Source: the human T2T-CHM13v2.0 reference genome, Homo sapiens | Direction: 5' to 3' (one strand) | DNA: 64,000 nucleotides | Assembly (NCBI RefSeq): GCF_009914755.1 | Contig: NC_060930.1 | Part shown: piece by piece, positions 27,131 through 40,769 of the stretch | Layout of the letters: each line of letters opens with the position of its first letter | Position numbering within the stretch: the stretch's first letter is position 1 | Notes under the pieces: generated by a model | Databases searched by the model: none | What the model saw: only the letters and a program-made list of their open reading frames with translations | Told to the model about the DNA's origin: nothing | Translations under genes and position numbers: made by a program

Positions 27131-28674
27131 AGAATTCAATAAAAATAGTTCTACCTGCTCCCTGGTGAGAAGATTGCTAGTCGGTTATTCTCAAAATTTT
27201 TCCACACTTGGCAAAGAAACACTGAAACCTCATTTCAGGCCCAAAGATACATCAAGAAGAACCAAGGCTGGTGGGTTAAAGTTTCATTTCATTCTTATTA
27301 AATTAAATGTTATTTCATTCCATTCTTACTTTCCACAGCCAAACTTCACTCGGGCAATGCTCAATGATTTTAAGCCTTGTACTCAATTAGACATTTGTCA
27401 GCACACAGCAAGTTAAGGATTGACATGGCAAAATACTGATAATAATTTGTCCAAATTTTGACATGGAAGGAAAACAGAAGAAAAAAAAGAATATAAAAGA
27501 ATTTGAAGTTATCTCAGAAGGAAACCTTTCAAATAATCAATATACTTAATCTTAACATGTACCATCATAGACTTGAATTTATCTGAGAGCAAAAAATATT
27601 GTTTCTTTGACAGGAACCCCCTACCTAAAGGCAATACTTTCTAGAGGAAAAGAAGTGATGGAATGTGGCTACTGGCAACCACTAATGGTTTGGGATTCAT
27701 AATATCTGATAGGATTTAAGCCCCGGTACTCCATTTCAGCTAGTAGTCTAATATGTTTTTGTGAGTGCTGAGGATGTGTCTGGAGTTGGCATTAGGACCT
27801 TTCAAGAAGGGGCAATTAGTTTCCGTTGCCATATATCTTTAATGGGATACAGTTTTCTGGCCGGGATAAGAAAAGAAACTTCTGCTTCCACTCCCTTAAA
27901 ACAATCCAAAAGCCAATTCCAAACAAACAAAACAAAGTAAAAACTATCCTAAATAATACACAACAAAAATTCCCCAAGCCATGACATTTTCCTAGACAAC
28001 TGTATAAGAAGACTAGGGAATTGTTTGGGGTGAGGAGAATAAGGAAGTCTGGTTCTAAAACCTCTGACATTTCTGGTCTCATGACCAGCAATGTAATCTA
28101 AAAGACAGTGTTTTATAGGCCTCAGACAGTAATGTGAGTGTTTTATATGCACTATTTATATTAACCCTTAAGACAACCTAGTGAAGTATGTGCTATTTCC
28201 ACTTTGTTTAGTAAGTGCTTATACTGCCATTTGTAGAAGAAAAATCTAAAAAGACAATGGGAAAATGGCCCTGCCAAGAAAGGTAGAACTGAGTGCACTC
28301 TCAGTTCTAACCACTCAAACAGCACAGGTTAACTATACTGGTAAGAGACTGGGATTCCAATTCTTGCTCTACCACATCCTATGACCTCAAGGAAGTTACT
28401 GAATTTCCTTATATATAAAATGGCAATAATAATAGTGCCTACCTTTCAGCTTGTTATATTTTCCAATAAGAACCTAACCATAATGGACCTAAAACAGCAC
28501 CTGCCAGATGATAGTATTCAATGACTGTTAGACAGCATTTTACCTGGTTCTGCAACTCCCTGCATTTCCACACACCAGAAGACTGCCTACATCTAGGCAG
28601 ATCACAGGGATCATATATAGTCCTGGATAAAATGAGAACACTGGAAACAATGCCTCCTCATTCTCTAAGAATAG

Positions 28675-28840
28675 GCCTTGATTCTCAAGGCATAGTCCCT
28701 GGATAAGCAGCATCAACATCACCCGGGAACTTGTTAGAATGCAGTGTCAGGACCCATCCCAGACCTCCTGAATCAGATTGCACATTTTAACAACATCCCC
28801 AGGTGATTCCTGTGCACATTAAATTTGAGAAGTTCTGCTC
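28675..28840. mobile_element. MER5A hAT-Charlie MITE
   Basis: GCAGCATCAACATCACCCGGGAACTTGTTAGAATGCAG..TGAATCAGA..CCCCAGGTGATTC..AAATTTGAGAAG. Confidence 0.88.
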
Positions 28841-30349
28841 TCAGGCACACACAGGGTAGTAATTCTCTCTGGCCCTCTGACAGTGCATAAGCTCCATAGC
28901 TCTCAAATACCAGGAGAAAGGCAGAACTCGTAGTGCTCATAATATCACAAGCTGTTGGGCCTTCCTGTGCCTATCCCATTCTTCTGTTGTTAGTTTAGCG
29001 CATCCTTCATCATATAATCCACCTGGTAAAAAACTGTTATTCAAGACTCAACTCAAGCATCATGGAGAATCTTCCTGTTTTCCTCCTCCCACTTCAGGAG
29101 GAATTTCCCACTTCCACATTTGTTTCCCAACTGAACAATGGCATTGAAACTTCTTTGACTAAAATCAATGGTAAGAAATATATTCCTGTTTCTCTCTCTC
29201 TCCTTCTCTCTTTCTCACACACATACAACCCATATGTTACTGAAATGAAAGTTTCATGAAAGAATATTTTGATTTAGTGTGTGTGATGGACTCAGATACT
29301 TTGAACATTACTCTGTTCCATTTCATGTATTGCTGTCTGCAAGCTGTAGAATTAGTTTAAGTACCACTTATGGGTAGTGATGGGCAATTTGTAAAGCCAT
29401 GTACGTAGATATTTCTTAAATAGGAACTATAACACTAGACTGATGATTTAGTCTCATATATAGCTTCTCTTCTACATAGAGAACATGGCTTAGTGCCTGG
29501 CACATACAGGGACACAGCATTTTTTTGTTGAATGAGTAATGAATGGATGGAGAGATCTCGTGATGAGCTATTTTTGCAGCCTCTCATTCTCCTTTTGACT
29601 CTTGGCCCTGCTACCATACTTAATAAAAAAAAAAGAGGGCCTGTTTATGCAATAATTTATTAGCCACTAACCATAACTATAAACCTATGATAATAAATCT
29701 CTATGCTTACAACAGGAATTTTCAAATGAAAAGTGGTTCTCTCAAACATTGCGTTGAATAGTAAGAAGAAAGAGAAAAATTGTGAGTTCAAAGGACAATA
29801 GTTCTGAGCATTTTGGGGATTTATTGTTCATTGCTAATATTTTATTAGTCTCCCCATTGTAAATTAAATGGAGCTCGAGTAGCTATAACTGGGAACATCC
29901 TGTGCCAGGGAGATGCCAGCCTGCCCTTTGAGCCTCGCCATGGTGCTCTGCCAGTTCTCCTCCATTCTTTCTTTCAACACCTCTGCTCTTTCAGTGTGAG
30001 AGCACTTGGGTGAGGTTTAGCATGGGGAAAAATGACAATCAACCGCATTCACTTATCATTTATATCCCAGGCTTGGATGTGACACTCTAGTACATGAGAC
30101 CGGAAGAAGTTTGAGATGAGGTGTCAGGACCTTCAGTTCTCTTTTAGCAAAAGTCTCACAGCCTCTGCATGCTGCCCTTCCTCCATTTGCAGGAGGTGAA
30201 TGGAAAAACAGAAGCCCTGAAAAATAAGTCTGAAAAGAACAGCAACTATTCCAGTCTTACCCTTCACCATAACACACTAGTTAAAAATTTTTTTAAGCCA
30301 CCTAATACTCCTTTCACATCTTTGCAGCTGATTCTAAAATACTGCATTT

Positions 30350-30580
30350 AGATAGGGCACATGAGGGTCTGACTGGGTTTGAATCACGGCTCCTACAAGC
30401 TAACGCACATGAAGGCTGCATTCCTTTTCCTATGCATAAAACAGAGCTACTAATAGCACCTGCCTCATAGAGTATTTGTTAGGAAAAAAAAATGGCATAA
30501 TAAATATAAACTTCTTAGAATTGTGTCTGGTGCATAGTAAGAACTTAGTAAATCCTGGCTATTTTTAATGTTATTATTAT
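30350..30580 (+). mobile_element. MIR SINE
   Basis: CTGGGTTTGAATCACGGCTCC..TAATAGCACCTGCCTCATAGAG..TGTCTGGTGCATAGTAAG. Confidence 0.75.
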
Positions 30581-30699
30581 ACATAAAAACTGTCTCTCGC
30601 TCTCTCTCTGTCTCTCTCTATATAGATATATATATGATTCCTTTCTTACCACATTTAGACAGTTAAAGTAATAAACTGTCTTCAAAGTAAAATGCTACA

Positions 30700-30960
30700 C
30701 ATACTGTGTATTGTGGTATCCTAGATTGGATCTTAGAACAGAAAAGCGCATTAGTGGAAAAGTTAATGACATCTGATTAAACTCTGTAGTTTAGTTAATT
30801 TAGAAACAATGTCAAGTTGTTAGTTTTGACAAATATATGAAGGTTGTGTGAAGTGACAACTAAGAAAACAGTGAAGAGTGTATAGCAACTCTCTGTACAA
30901 TCTTTACAACTTTTCAGTAAATCCGAAATATACCAAAATAAAAATGTTATTTAAAAATAT
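30700..30960 (+). mobile_element. Old L1 (L1MD/ME-type) 3' end
   Basis: GTGGTATCCTAGATTGGATCTTAGAACAGAAAAG..AACTCTCTGTAC..CAACTTTTC..AAAATAAAAATGTT. Confidence 0.75.
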
Positions 30961-31739
30961 GCCACATGTAGTTCTTGAGCATATAGCAAATACTAGGTTG
31001 TGCTAGACAGCATGAAAAGATCAAGAGAGAAGGGAAAAAATGGTTTGTCTTCAGGGAGCTTACCATCTCAAAGTGAGATCAGGACACCAATGAATTTATA
31101 ATAAACTGTAAAGATACAATAAATGTCTTAACAGAAGTAGAAACAAACTCTTGACAGCTTTATATGAAGGACCAGCTACATAAATATTCTTTTTTCTCCA
31201 TGGTTAAATCTGTTGGTTAATTATTAATGAATCACAGCTTCATAATTCCTGCCTCCTGGGGTGGTTACTCTTCCTGGTTGATATTTCAGTGGGGGAATTC
31301 CCTGCATGCTGGAGGACTGATTCCTGGCTGATGTAAATGTAAACTTTATTCATTTATTAAATGTTTTAATAAGCTGAGGGGTGCAGGAACAAAGAGCATG
31401 GACCTTGGAATCAAGCAAAACTGAGTTCAAATCTAGGTTCTCACCTCCTTGGGCAAGTTAATTGAGCCTCATTTTCTATTTTAGCATAAGGGAAAGAATA
31501 TTGAACTTGCTGGTTGTTATAATGATTGATTGAAATAGGTCATAAGGATCCCTGGCCTATGATAAGCAGGATTTATTATCAATGTTGTCAGTAGAAACTA
31601 TCCACTAGGTGGGTAACCATATTGTTGCTCTGGCAACCTGAGCACTTACCCAGTCTTCATGTACTCACTTCACTTATCTAAGACCTTATTTTGGGTGGTT
31701 CAGGGTTGTCTTTGCCCAGTGGAGAGGGTGGCAGACCCT

Positions 31740-32020
31740 TATAGGGGAGGCTAGCATAGATTGAGGCTGCATTGTGTAGGATTTGGAGACCATCTGCCTG
31801 GCTTTAAAGCTGGCCTTTCTACATACCAGCTTGCTACCTGTGTGACACTGGGAAATTGATTTAACCTATCAAGGCTCTGTTTCCCTGTCTGTAAAATGTG
31901 AATGCCAGCTCCTAAGTCATAGAGATGCATTACAGGTGTTCACATACAAAAAGTCTCTAAGACAGAGCTTGGTACATGGCTACCCAGCAATAAATAATAG
32001 TGATCACTATTAGCTATTAT
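31740..32020 (+). mobile_element. MIR SINE
   Basis: CTGTGTGACACTGGG..TTTAACCT..CTCTGTTTCCCTGTCTGTAAAATG. Confidence 0.75.
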
Positions 32021-32029
32021 TTAACGATC

Positions 32030-32541
32030 ATTTCTTCTTTTTCCTGGATGCTCAACATCCCATTTTGTTCAGATATAAGGATGCAAGGTGTTCAGGGAAG
32101 GGAGGCTGATGCTTTCCTCCAGCCCCAGGGGATGACCCACCGTTGGTATGAACCAATCTTAATAATTCCTTCTGTCCCAGTTTAGGCATGGGTATGTGGT
32201 TGATGTCTGGCCAGTGGAACTTAAAAAGAAATCTTCTAGTGGTTTCCAGGGAAGCTTTTTCTCCTTAAGTTAAACAACAACAAAAAAACCACACAGGAGA
32301 GCCCTTTGGTTCCTGTGTTAAAAGTCATGCTATCATGAGGGGATGTGATGACTGTCATCGTACTACCATGACAGGAGCCAGGAGAACTACAGAGAGGCTG
32401 TCTTGGGGCCCAGACATCAACAGGCTTCTGAACCATCTACTTTTAGACATCTTGTTATTTAAGATCATGAATGTCCTTGTTGTTTAGCTACTTTTAGTCA
32501 GGCTTTCTTTTACTTGCAGCCAAAGGCAACCTAACTAATAC
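32030..32541 (+). mobile_element. MLT1 (MaLR) LTR, J/K-like
   Basis: Typical MLT1 end TTACTTGCAGCCAAAGGCAACCTAACTAATAC. Confidence 0.75.
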
Positions 32542-33339
32542 TGGAGTTCACAGAGAGTGAGAAGTAGTTATTATTATCCCAGTTTCATGGGTGAGGAGCT
32601 AAATTTCAGAGATAGTCAACTAATTTTCCACAGGATTATTCAGCTAGTGAAGTGCAGAGAATGAGGGAGAGGGTGAATAAAAGATTTTTTATCTCTTTCC
32701 AATGAATATTTTTTGGCCAACCATTTACTTAAAACCTATCTATTGAGCCTACAAAGCAGCCCCACAGGCCTTGTGGCATTTCCTGGCAACAAGGCTTAGG
32801 TGGAGCTTCCAACGAGCAGGGTGAGGTGAGCATCTGTCCAGAAGCTGGCACTGCAATGTATGTATTTTTAGGTGTTCAGGGAAAGGTCGGCCACTGGATA
32901 AGTTAGGGACACGTCTCTAGTGTGATGAAACATTTCCAAGAAGGCTGAGTTGAGAAGTCTGTTTCCTACCTATTGGAAAAATCACAGAGTACACAATTTG
33001 TTTAGTAATTAATGATTAAATTCAATATTAGTCTGAGGAGGCACTTGTTCTAATGCCAGCATTTCTCTGTAACGTAAAAAGTCAGGGTCAAGTAGGAAAG
33101 AAACAGTTACCAAGTGTGAGTGCTTTTCTTCCTTTCTTGGTTTGGAGTACTTTCCTGTATCTCTATCTTTAAGAATAACTTGGATCTTCCAGCCTGCTTG
33201 TGCTTTTCCATTTCTTCACTCACTCATTTTTGAATTTATTCACTTATTCAATGAATATCTTAAGGTGGCTATTATTTCCTAATTAAGTTGGGGAGAACAG
33301 TTATAAACACTCACAGATTATTAAAACCAAGTATAATAT

Positions 33340-33560
33340 TATTATAACAGCTACAATTTCCTGAGATACTTTATATACAGTATTATTAATCCTCTAAACT
33401 ATTTTTTCAAGGTAAGCATTATTATCTCTAACATTGCAGCTGTGAAAACTAGGTTTTGGAGAGGTCAAAGTAATTTTCCACAGGGTTGTACTGCTTATTA
33501 AAGTGCAGAGCTGGGTTTGAACATGGGTCATTTGGACTCCAAAGGCTTATCTTTTCTGCA
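33340..33560 (-). mobile_element. MIR SINE
   Basis: GGTAAGCATTATTATCTC..GAGAGGTCAAAGTAATTT..GCAGAGCTGGGTTTGAAC..GACTCCAAAG. Confidence 0.75.
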
Positions 33561-34394
33561 GTCTGAGAATGAGGAGCACAGTAAAGAGAGGCGGTGTTTT
33601 GGGCCAAATCATGGAGTGATAGATATGAACATGGAGTGAAGCTCAGGCAGGGATCTAACCCAGCACAAACTGGGCAGTGGAAATGAGAAGGCTATGTGGA
33701 AGAAAGGAAAGAAATGATTCTGTGTGGATAATAGTGACAATGAGAGGGAAGCCAAAAAGGAGTGGTCAGCTATGCAAAGATATCTAGGGTTAACTCACAT
33801 GATCACACGTCACTGCCAGTTGTTATATAATAGAGAATAAGCCCATTATTTTCCGAGAGATGGAGAGAAGAAAGAAGGCAAAATGGAAGGATGTACACGA
33901 GAGGGGCCACACTGCTAGCAGTTCAAGGACTCAAGAAGGTCTAAAGATGTAAATTCATTGGTCAACATAAATTTGATGCTAATACTTAATAAGGAGATTT
34001 CTCATAAAATTCTGCATTTACAATGTCTCTTGAAAACATTTAGATTTTCCGTTTCAGGCTTTTTGGAGCCCTCACTTCTAGAGAGCAATTGGTAGCCAGG
34101 AGCTGAATAATGACTGGCATTTTTAAATGGCAACTGGTCCACTTATGCCCTAGTGTCTCACTCCCAGCCTTCTTCATGCATCTATCACATTTGCCTAGAC
34201 CCTGCTGGTATCTGAGTTTGCTACCCCTGATAATCACCAAAGTGTCAGCTGTAGATCTCTCTGAATAGTGTGATTATTGCTGATTTTTAAAAATATTTAC
34301 TTAACTACATTTTCTAAATTTCCTACAATTACTGTGGATTGCTTTTATAATATGAAAAAATGTGAATGTTATTTTTTAAACTATCAATTCCACA

Positions 34395-34960
34395 AATATT
34401 GAGGGAGGAGCTGTGGCTTGGCAGGAGTCCTGTGAAAAGATCCAGGGGTTTTATTGAAGGCAGGCTCAATGTGAGCCAAGATCATGACACAGCAGCTAGA
34501 AAACAAAACAAAACAAAACCTCAACAGATCACTGGAAGCAATGGCCTCAGTGTTCTGCATGGGTCAGGCCTCTGCTGGAACATAAGCCACATTTTATTGG
34601 AGAAAATAATAAACTAGAAAGTGTTTGCTGCTGGGAAACCAAGATAGAAGGAGTCTAGAAGTCAAGTTATATGAGGAACAGTTAGGAGAAAATGGACATT
34701 TTTAGCTTGGACTTCTTTAGAAAAACCAGAAACCTGTGATAGCTATCTTCAGCATTGGGAAATGTGAAATGTGGTCAAGACAGCATCGATTTACCCAATG
34801 TCAATGTAGAAAGCCAGAAAGCACCAGTGAGAGCAACATGGAAGGAGACCCCACTTTCATATAAAACAGGGATTTAATAATACTAATTCATGCAATAGTG
34901 AATAGTGGGTTACCTTGTGCATGGGAAAGTTCTACTTTATGAGAAATCTTTGGGCAGAGA
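34395..34960 (+). mobile_element. L3/CR1 LINE fragment
   Basis: Residual peptide RLNVSQDHDTAARK resembles CR1 RT KLNMSQQCDAAAKK; ATATGAGGAACAGTTAGGAGAA..TTTAGCTTGGA. Confidence 0.7.
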
Positions 34961-36949
34961 CTGTATGGCAGCCTGTTTCAGGTGGATGTTTAGGTCAGAC
35001 AAACCTGAATGTGCCCTCCAAAACCTGGGCTTCTCTCTTCCTTTGACTGGGTTCAGGATACTGACAACTATCCAAATGCAGACCATTGGGATGTAGCCAG
35101 GAAACGTCAGCTCCTGTCAACTTTCACGAAGACGTGAAGCACGACTGCCAATGGTTACTCTGCCTCACTCTCCCCAAAGTCATTTTCAGTGGTAAGGCCA
35201 AACCCAGAGCGTTTTCCAGAAATCCACATAAGTGCAAGGAACATCAGCTATATTTGTGTGGAAGCGTGGAAGTGCTGTCAACACTCCTGTGGGGAAAGGG
35301 CTCAGGAACTCACATTCCGTTAAGCCAGGGTTTATATTAGCCATACTGCCAAGAAAGCAATAGTCCCCAGGTTTAGACAGCATTCGATATTTGCTTCGGT
35401 GATCAGAATTCAGACTTAATTTAAACCTATATCTTCAAATCTTATATTTTTAAGTTTCTGGGTCCTGTAGCCAAGTAGTCTGTCCTTGAATGAGGACAGA
35501 TCTCAAAGCTCCCTGACGGATTACCAATGCATTCTCCTTCTGATGTAAGGAAGTGAATCAAATGTGAGAGGCCCCTGCCAACACCCCCTCTAAGTCTAAG
35601 CAATTTTTCTGAAGAAGCACTGGACAAATAAAAATATTCTGATAGTCATATCATGAAACTATGGGAGAGAGGCACATTGTATTAGACATTGTCTCCATAC
35701 AAAATATCTTAAATCACCAAAATATAAATTCATTAAATTTATGGATCAGAATGCAAAGAGCTGATTTCATCAACTTTTGGTATTTCTATTTTAATATTAT
35801 GTATCATATCACCCATATTATATATATATATGCACTCTATGGAGTGCATACTGTGTGTAGGCCAGGCCCTGTCTGAGCATCTTATGTGTAGCCTAGTATA
35901 GTTCACTAGAACTCTATGAGGGAAGCACAATTAGGAGGAAAGTGATGCACCCAGAGGTTAATGACTTGTCTGAGGTTACAAAGTTAGTCAGGTGACAGGA
36001 TTGGACCCTATGCAACTGGCTCCTGAGCTGTGGGAAGAACCCAAATCCATATCACTGGTGCTCCAGCTGCCACCTCCTCCAAAGGCTCACCTGCATTGCA
36101 TCATGCTTTCCTTCCCCAGCAGACACCCTTGGGAAACACTTCCTCCATGGAGGGTGACCATCCACTCTCTCGCCTGGCAAGGGGCTGGAGTCTCCCTAAT
36201 AGCTGGAGGAACACACAAGTGCGTTGGTCAGATCCTGACTAAATTTATAAAAGTATTCAATGCACGAGCTCAAAATCTCTTCTGCTCTCTGGATAAAGTA
36301 CAACAATTTCTTTTTCTATAAATACACATGAAATTAAAAATAAGGGAAAATAATTTAATACTTTATTTTATAAAATTAAGTAATCAAATTCCTCCTAAAA
36401 GGAGAACAGGGCCAGATTTCTCAATGTTATTAATACTATTTTTAGTACTTTAAAAGCTCAATATACAATCTCTTGACATTTTCCAGTTTTACTGCTTGAA
36501 TATTTAGAATAGAAAATTACATTTTTTCATGTTTTCATTCTCTTCATGGACACATTTGAAAGACATTTAAACTTCAAACTGCCAAATCTGCCCTTATTGG
36601 TTTAGTTCTTTTCCAAGTAATACTAGGACATTTGTAAGTGTTCATATAAATAATTATGTGAAAAATGCTCACCATATTGTTAAGTGCAAAAGACGAGCTG
36701 TAAAGTTCTCTATGGTATTATATCCTTTTTGGTAAAATGAATTAAAATATATATAAATACATACAGAGAGGAGGAGAGGGAGAGAGAAAATCAAATTCAA
36801 GAAAATCAGAATATTAACAGTGATTATAACTGAGGACTTTATATCTGAGCATTGAGAATTTGGGATATATTTAATTCCTTATTTTTCCTTGTATCTGTTT
36901 TCTAAACTTTCTGAATTACTTTTACAATGAGAAAATAAACATACTATTC

Positions 36950-37140
36950 TTATAATAAGAACTAACATGTATTAGGTGCCAAGTGCTACCCTAGGTGCTC
37001 TACATGTATTAATTTGTTGTAATTCTAACATCAACTCTTTGACATGGACAGTGTTATTATTCCCACTTTACATATGAGAAAACCGAGGCAGAGGGTGATT
37101 CCATAGAGCCAGGCGTCTGGGTTTCAGACCTGTGTTCTGA
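36950..37140 (-). mobile_element. MIR SINE
   Basis: TTATTCCCACTTTACATATGAGAAAACCGAGGCAGAG. Confidence 0.75.
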
Positions 37141-37623
37141 ACCTTCCAGTGCCTGGACTTAATGAAATAGTAAGTCCCCCACTTTCATTAAGTCCATTAA
37201 GTCCCTACCATATAAGACGCCAATCCCTATGTTCTCTTTCAATTTTTTGTTTGAAATCCTTTAACCTGGCACCAGCCATAACCTCCTGCTGGTCAGGCAG
37301 TCTCCTCATATCTCCTGGGTATTTGGCTTACAATTACTCTGAGAAGCAGAACACTCAGCTATAAAAAGGTAACTAACGTCACAGAGGAGCAGATGCCAAG
37401 GTCCAAATTTGAGCACTTCAGGGTCAGAAGAGGGGTTGATGGCTGAGTGCTCAGGGATCCTTCAAGAGGAGGAGGCTAAGGCCAGGCCTCAGAAGCTAGA
37501 GAGGTCAATGTAAAAGAAGATTAGCTTAATAGCTGTTGATGGCAACTTGGTTTTCAAAACAGTATATGCATTAATTATCATTCAAAAAATTCTGAATTCT
37601 TATCAAAAATAATTTTAACAACC

Positions 37624-37851
37624 TTTTTTTTTTTTTTGAGATGGAGTCTCACTGTATCGCCCAGGCTGGAGTGCAGTGGCATGATATCTCAGTTCGCTGC
37701 AACCTCTGCCTCCCAAGTACAAGCAATTCTCCTGCCTCAGCTTCCTCAGTTGCTGGGATTATAGGTATGTGCCATGATGCCCGGCTAATTTTTATATTTT
37801 TAGTAAAGATGGGGTTTCACCATGTTGGCCAGGCTAGTTTCCAACTCCTGA
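37624..37851 (-). mobile_element. 5'-truncated AluS
   Basis: Poly-T, right arm and partial left arm ending CAACTCCTGA; TTAACA on both flanks. Confidence 0.93.
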
Positions 37852-38082
37852 TTAACATACATTTTTAAACTGAGATAGAAGTTTTCCTGCATATAGCTGC
37901 CCAATGGTTCTATGATGGATACCATCCCAATGAGCCATTGGCCATTAAACTTTCTAGCACAATAAGAACTATCAGTCTCAGTCATGGTCTTACCTTAAAC
38001 TGCAGGAGTGTTACATACAGCCTTGGGGTACTCTAGATAAATACAGTTGCCTGAGATGAATAGACGGGGGTCTGATCTGGTT

Positions 38083-38086
<4 letters not shown>

Positions 38087-38113
<27 letters not shown>

Positions 38114-38775
38114 GTATATAGTATATATTATTATAATATTATATATATTATAACATTATAATAATTATAATCATTATATTATATATATTTTCTATATAAT
38201 ATAATTATAATTATTATATTATAATATTATATATATTATATTTATATTATATATTTATTTATATTATATATATAAATATAATATATATAAATATATATTA
38301 TATATAAAATATATATTATATATAATATATATTTATATATAAAATATATATTATATATAAAATATATATTATATATAAATATATATAATATATATAAATT
38401 TATATATATAAATTTAGATATATTATAGATATATTTATATATAAATTTAGATATATTATAGATATATTTATATATAAATTTATATATATTATAGATATAT
38501 TTATATATATAAATTTATATATATTTATATAATATATAATATATATTTTATATATATAATATATATAATATATACATATATAATATATAATATATATTAT
38601 TATATATAAATAATATATATTATATATTATATAAATTATATTATATATACTGAATATATATGTATTCAGTATATATATATTCAGTATATATATTATATAC
38701 ATATATATTCACATATAAATATATAGAACAATTCTTATATATTTGTTCTATAAATATATAGAACAAATTCTTATT
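38087..38775. repeat. ~690-bp AT-rich (TA)n-derived tract with a 33-bp tandem unit and internal palindromes
   Basis: Almost entirely A/T; ATATATAAATTTAGATATATTATAGATATATTT repeated about 3 times at ~38405-38510. Confidence 0.95.
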
Positions 38776-39139
38776 TATTACCAACAAAATCAGAAAGATT
38801 AGAACATACAGAAAAGCACAAAGAAACTAGAGATCACCATAACCTTACAATTCAAAGATATCCACCGTTGATGGTTTTAGTGCATTTAGTTTCAGTTCTC
38901 TCCCTTAACCTGTCTTAAGTTAATGCTATCAGGCAGTCCACTCATTTACTTTGACTATTTAGTTTACAGTTTCCATGAGAAGGCAGAATGCTCATTTACA
39001 AACCCCACTCACGCTCCCCCAACCCTCCCCATCTTTCAAATTCTGTATCCATCTATCTATATACTCATTTCTCTTTACATCCATCCATTATCTATTTTTC
39101 TATATATCTAACAAACATATGTTGTCTTCCCTCCCCCAA

Positions 39140-40035
39140 GATTCATTGGGGTATAATTGACAAAATAAAAATTGTATATATTTAAGGTGTACAATATGAT
39201 GATTTGATATATTTTTGCATTGTAAGATGATTACCCCAACCAAGCTAATTAACATATCCATCACCTCACATGATTACCACTTTTTTGTAGTGAGAACACT
39301 TAATATCTACTATCTTAGCAAATTTAAAGTACATAATACAGTATTATTAACTGTAGTCACATGCCATGCAATAGATCCCCAAAATTTACTCATCTTTTAA
39401 CTGAGAGTTTGTACCCTTTGGCCAACATATACCCATTTTCCCCATCCTCTAGCTCCAGGCATCCCCTGGCTCCTACTCTACTTGCTGGTTCTATGTGAGT
39501 TCAACTTTTTCAGATTCCACATACAAATGAGCTATTGCTGTATTCATCTTTCTATGTCTGGCTTATTCCACTTAGCATAATATCCTGTAGGGTCATCTCT
39601 GTTGTCACAAATGGAAAGATTTCCTTTTCTAAGGCTGAATAATATTCCATCATATACATAATGTATTTTTTCTTAATCCATTTATTTGTTGATGGACACA
39701 CGTTGATTCCACGGCTACTGTGAATAATGCATAAGGGTGCAGATATCTCTTCAAGATACTAATTTCATTTTCTTCATTTTATTTCATTTATATATCCTGA
39801 AATGGGATGACTGAATCATGTAGTAGTTCTACTTTTAATTTTTTGAGAGACCTCCGTACTGTTTTCTATAATAGCTGTATCAATTTGCATCCTTGCCAAC
39901 AGTGTGCAAGAGTTCCCTTTCCTCCACACCCTTGCCAACACTTTCCCCACACCCTTACCTCTTGCCTCTTTGATAATAGCCATTCTAACAAGAGTGTGGT
40001 GATAGCTTGTTGCAGTATTGATGTTCATTTCACTC
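39140..40035 (-). mobile_element. L1MA (L1MA8/9-like) 3' fragment
   Basis: GTATAATTGACAAAATAAAAATTGTATATATTTAAGGTGTACAA..CAAGCTAATTAACATATCCATCACCTCACAT. Confidence 0.88.
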
Positions 40036-40262
40036 CTTTTAAATTTGTTTGGAAATAACTTCAAATGTATAGAAAAGTTGTAAGAATGTGACATTCATAA
40101 AAAGGGATCATATTATATATTATGCTTTATAATATTTTTTTAATAATCTAGAAACTCTCCTTACATTCAGGCTTCTTGCTTCTTTTACAATTTAATGTGA
40201 ATGTTAATGAGTGTTTCAGTATTTGGAGCTAAAACTAATTTATTTTTCCAATCCCAATCTGT

Positions 40263-40360
40263 CCCTTCCTTTCTTCTTCCTTCCCTCTCCTTTCCTTCTT
40301 TCCTCCTTCCCTCCCTTCCTCTCCCCCCTCCTTTCTTCCTTCTTTCTTTCTTTCCTTCCT
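40263..40360. repeat. CT-rich polypyrimidine tract
   Basis: (CCTT/CTTT)n-like sequence. Confidence 0.9.
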
Positions 40361-40769
40361 AATTTAACTAAGAACTAGAGGAAACTATTTTTACAATACC
40401 ATATTTTGAATTTGGAGATAAGATCCCAAACATTTCATTGAATTTCTTACTATCAAACTTCATACTTTAAGAGAAAGTGAACCCAACACTTTGGAAGTTT
40501 TACTATTTGGAAGCATTGAAGCTTCTTCAGTTATCATCCCCTTAATTGTTTTTCTTTCCCTACCTGATCTCTGAAATACCTCTATCATTTAAAATTTCAG
40601 TTTTAAAGTTTCTTACTACTATTACTAACTTACCCACTCTGGGTTTCATTCTAAGAATTCCATAACCTTCACTTTTCTTTCTATTTCATATCTATTTGAA
40701 CTAAGCAGAGAAGATATATAAAGTGTATTTTATGATTGCAAGACATTGAATTATAGGCATTGCAATAGC

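Noticed and set aside
38400-38702. I/Y/N-rich ORF
   Set aside because: Translation of the AT-rich tandem repeat.
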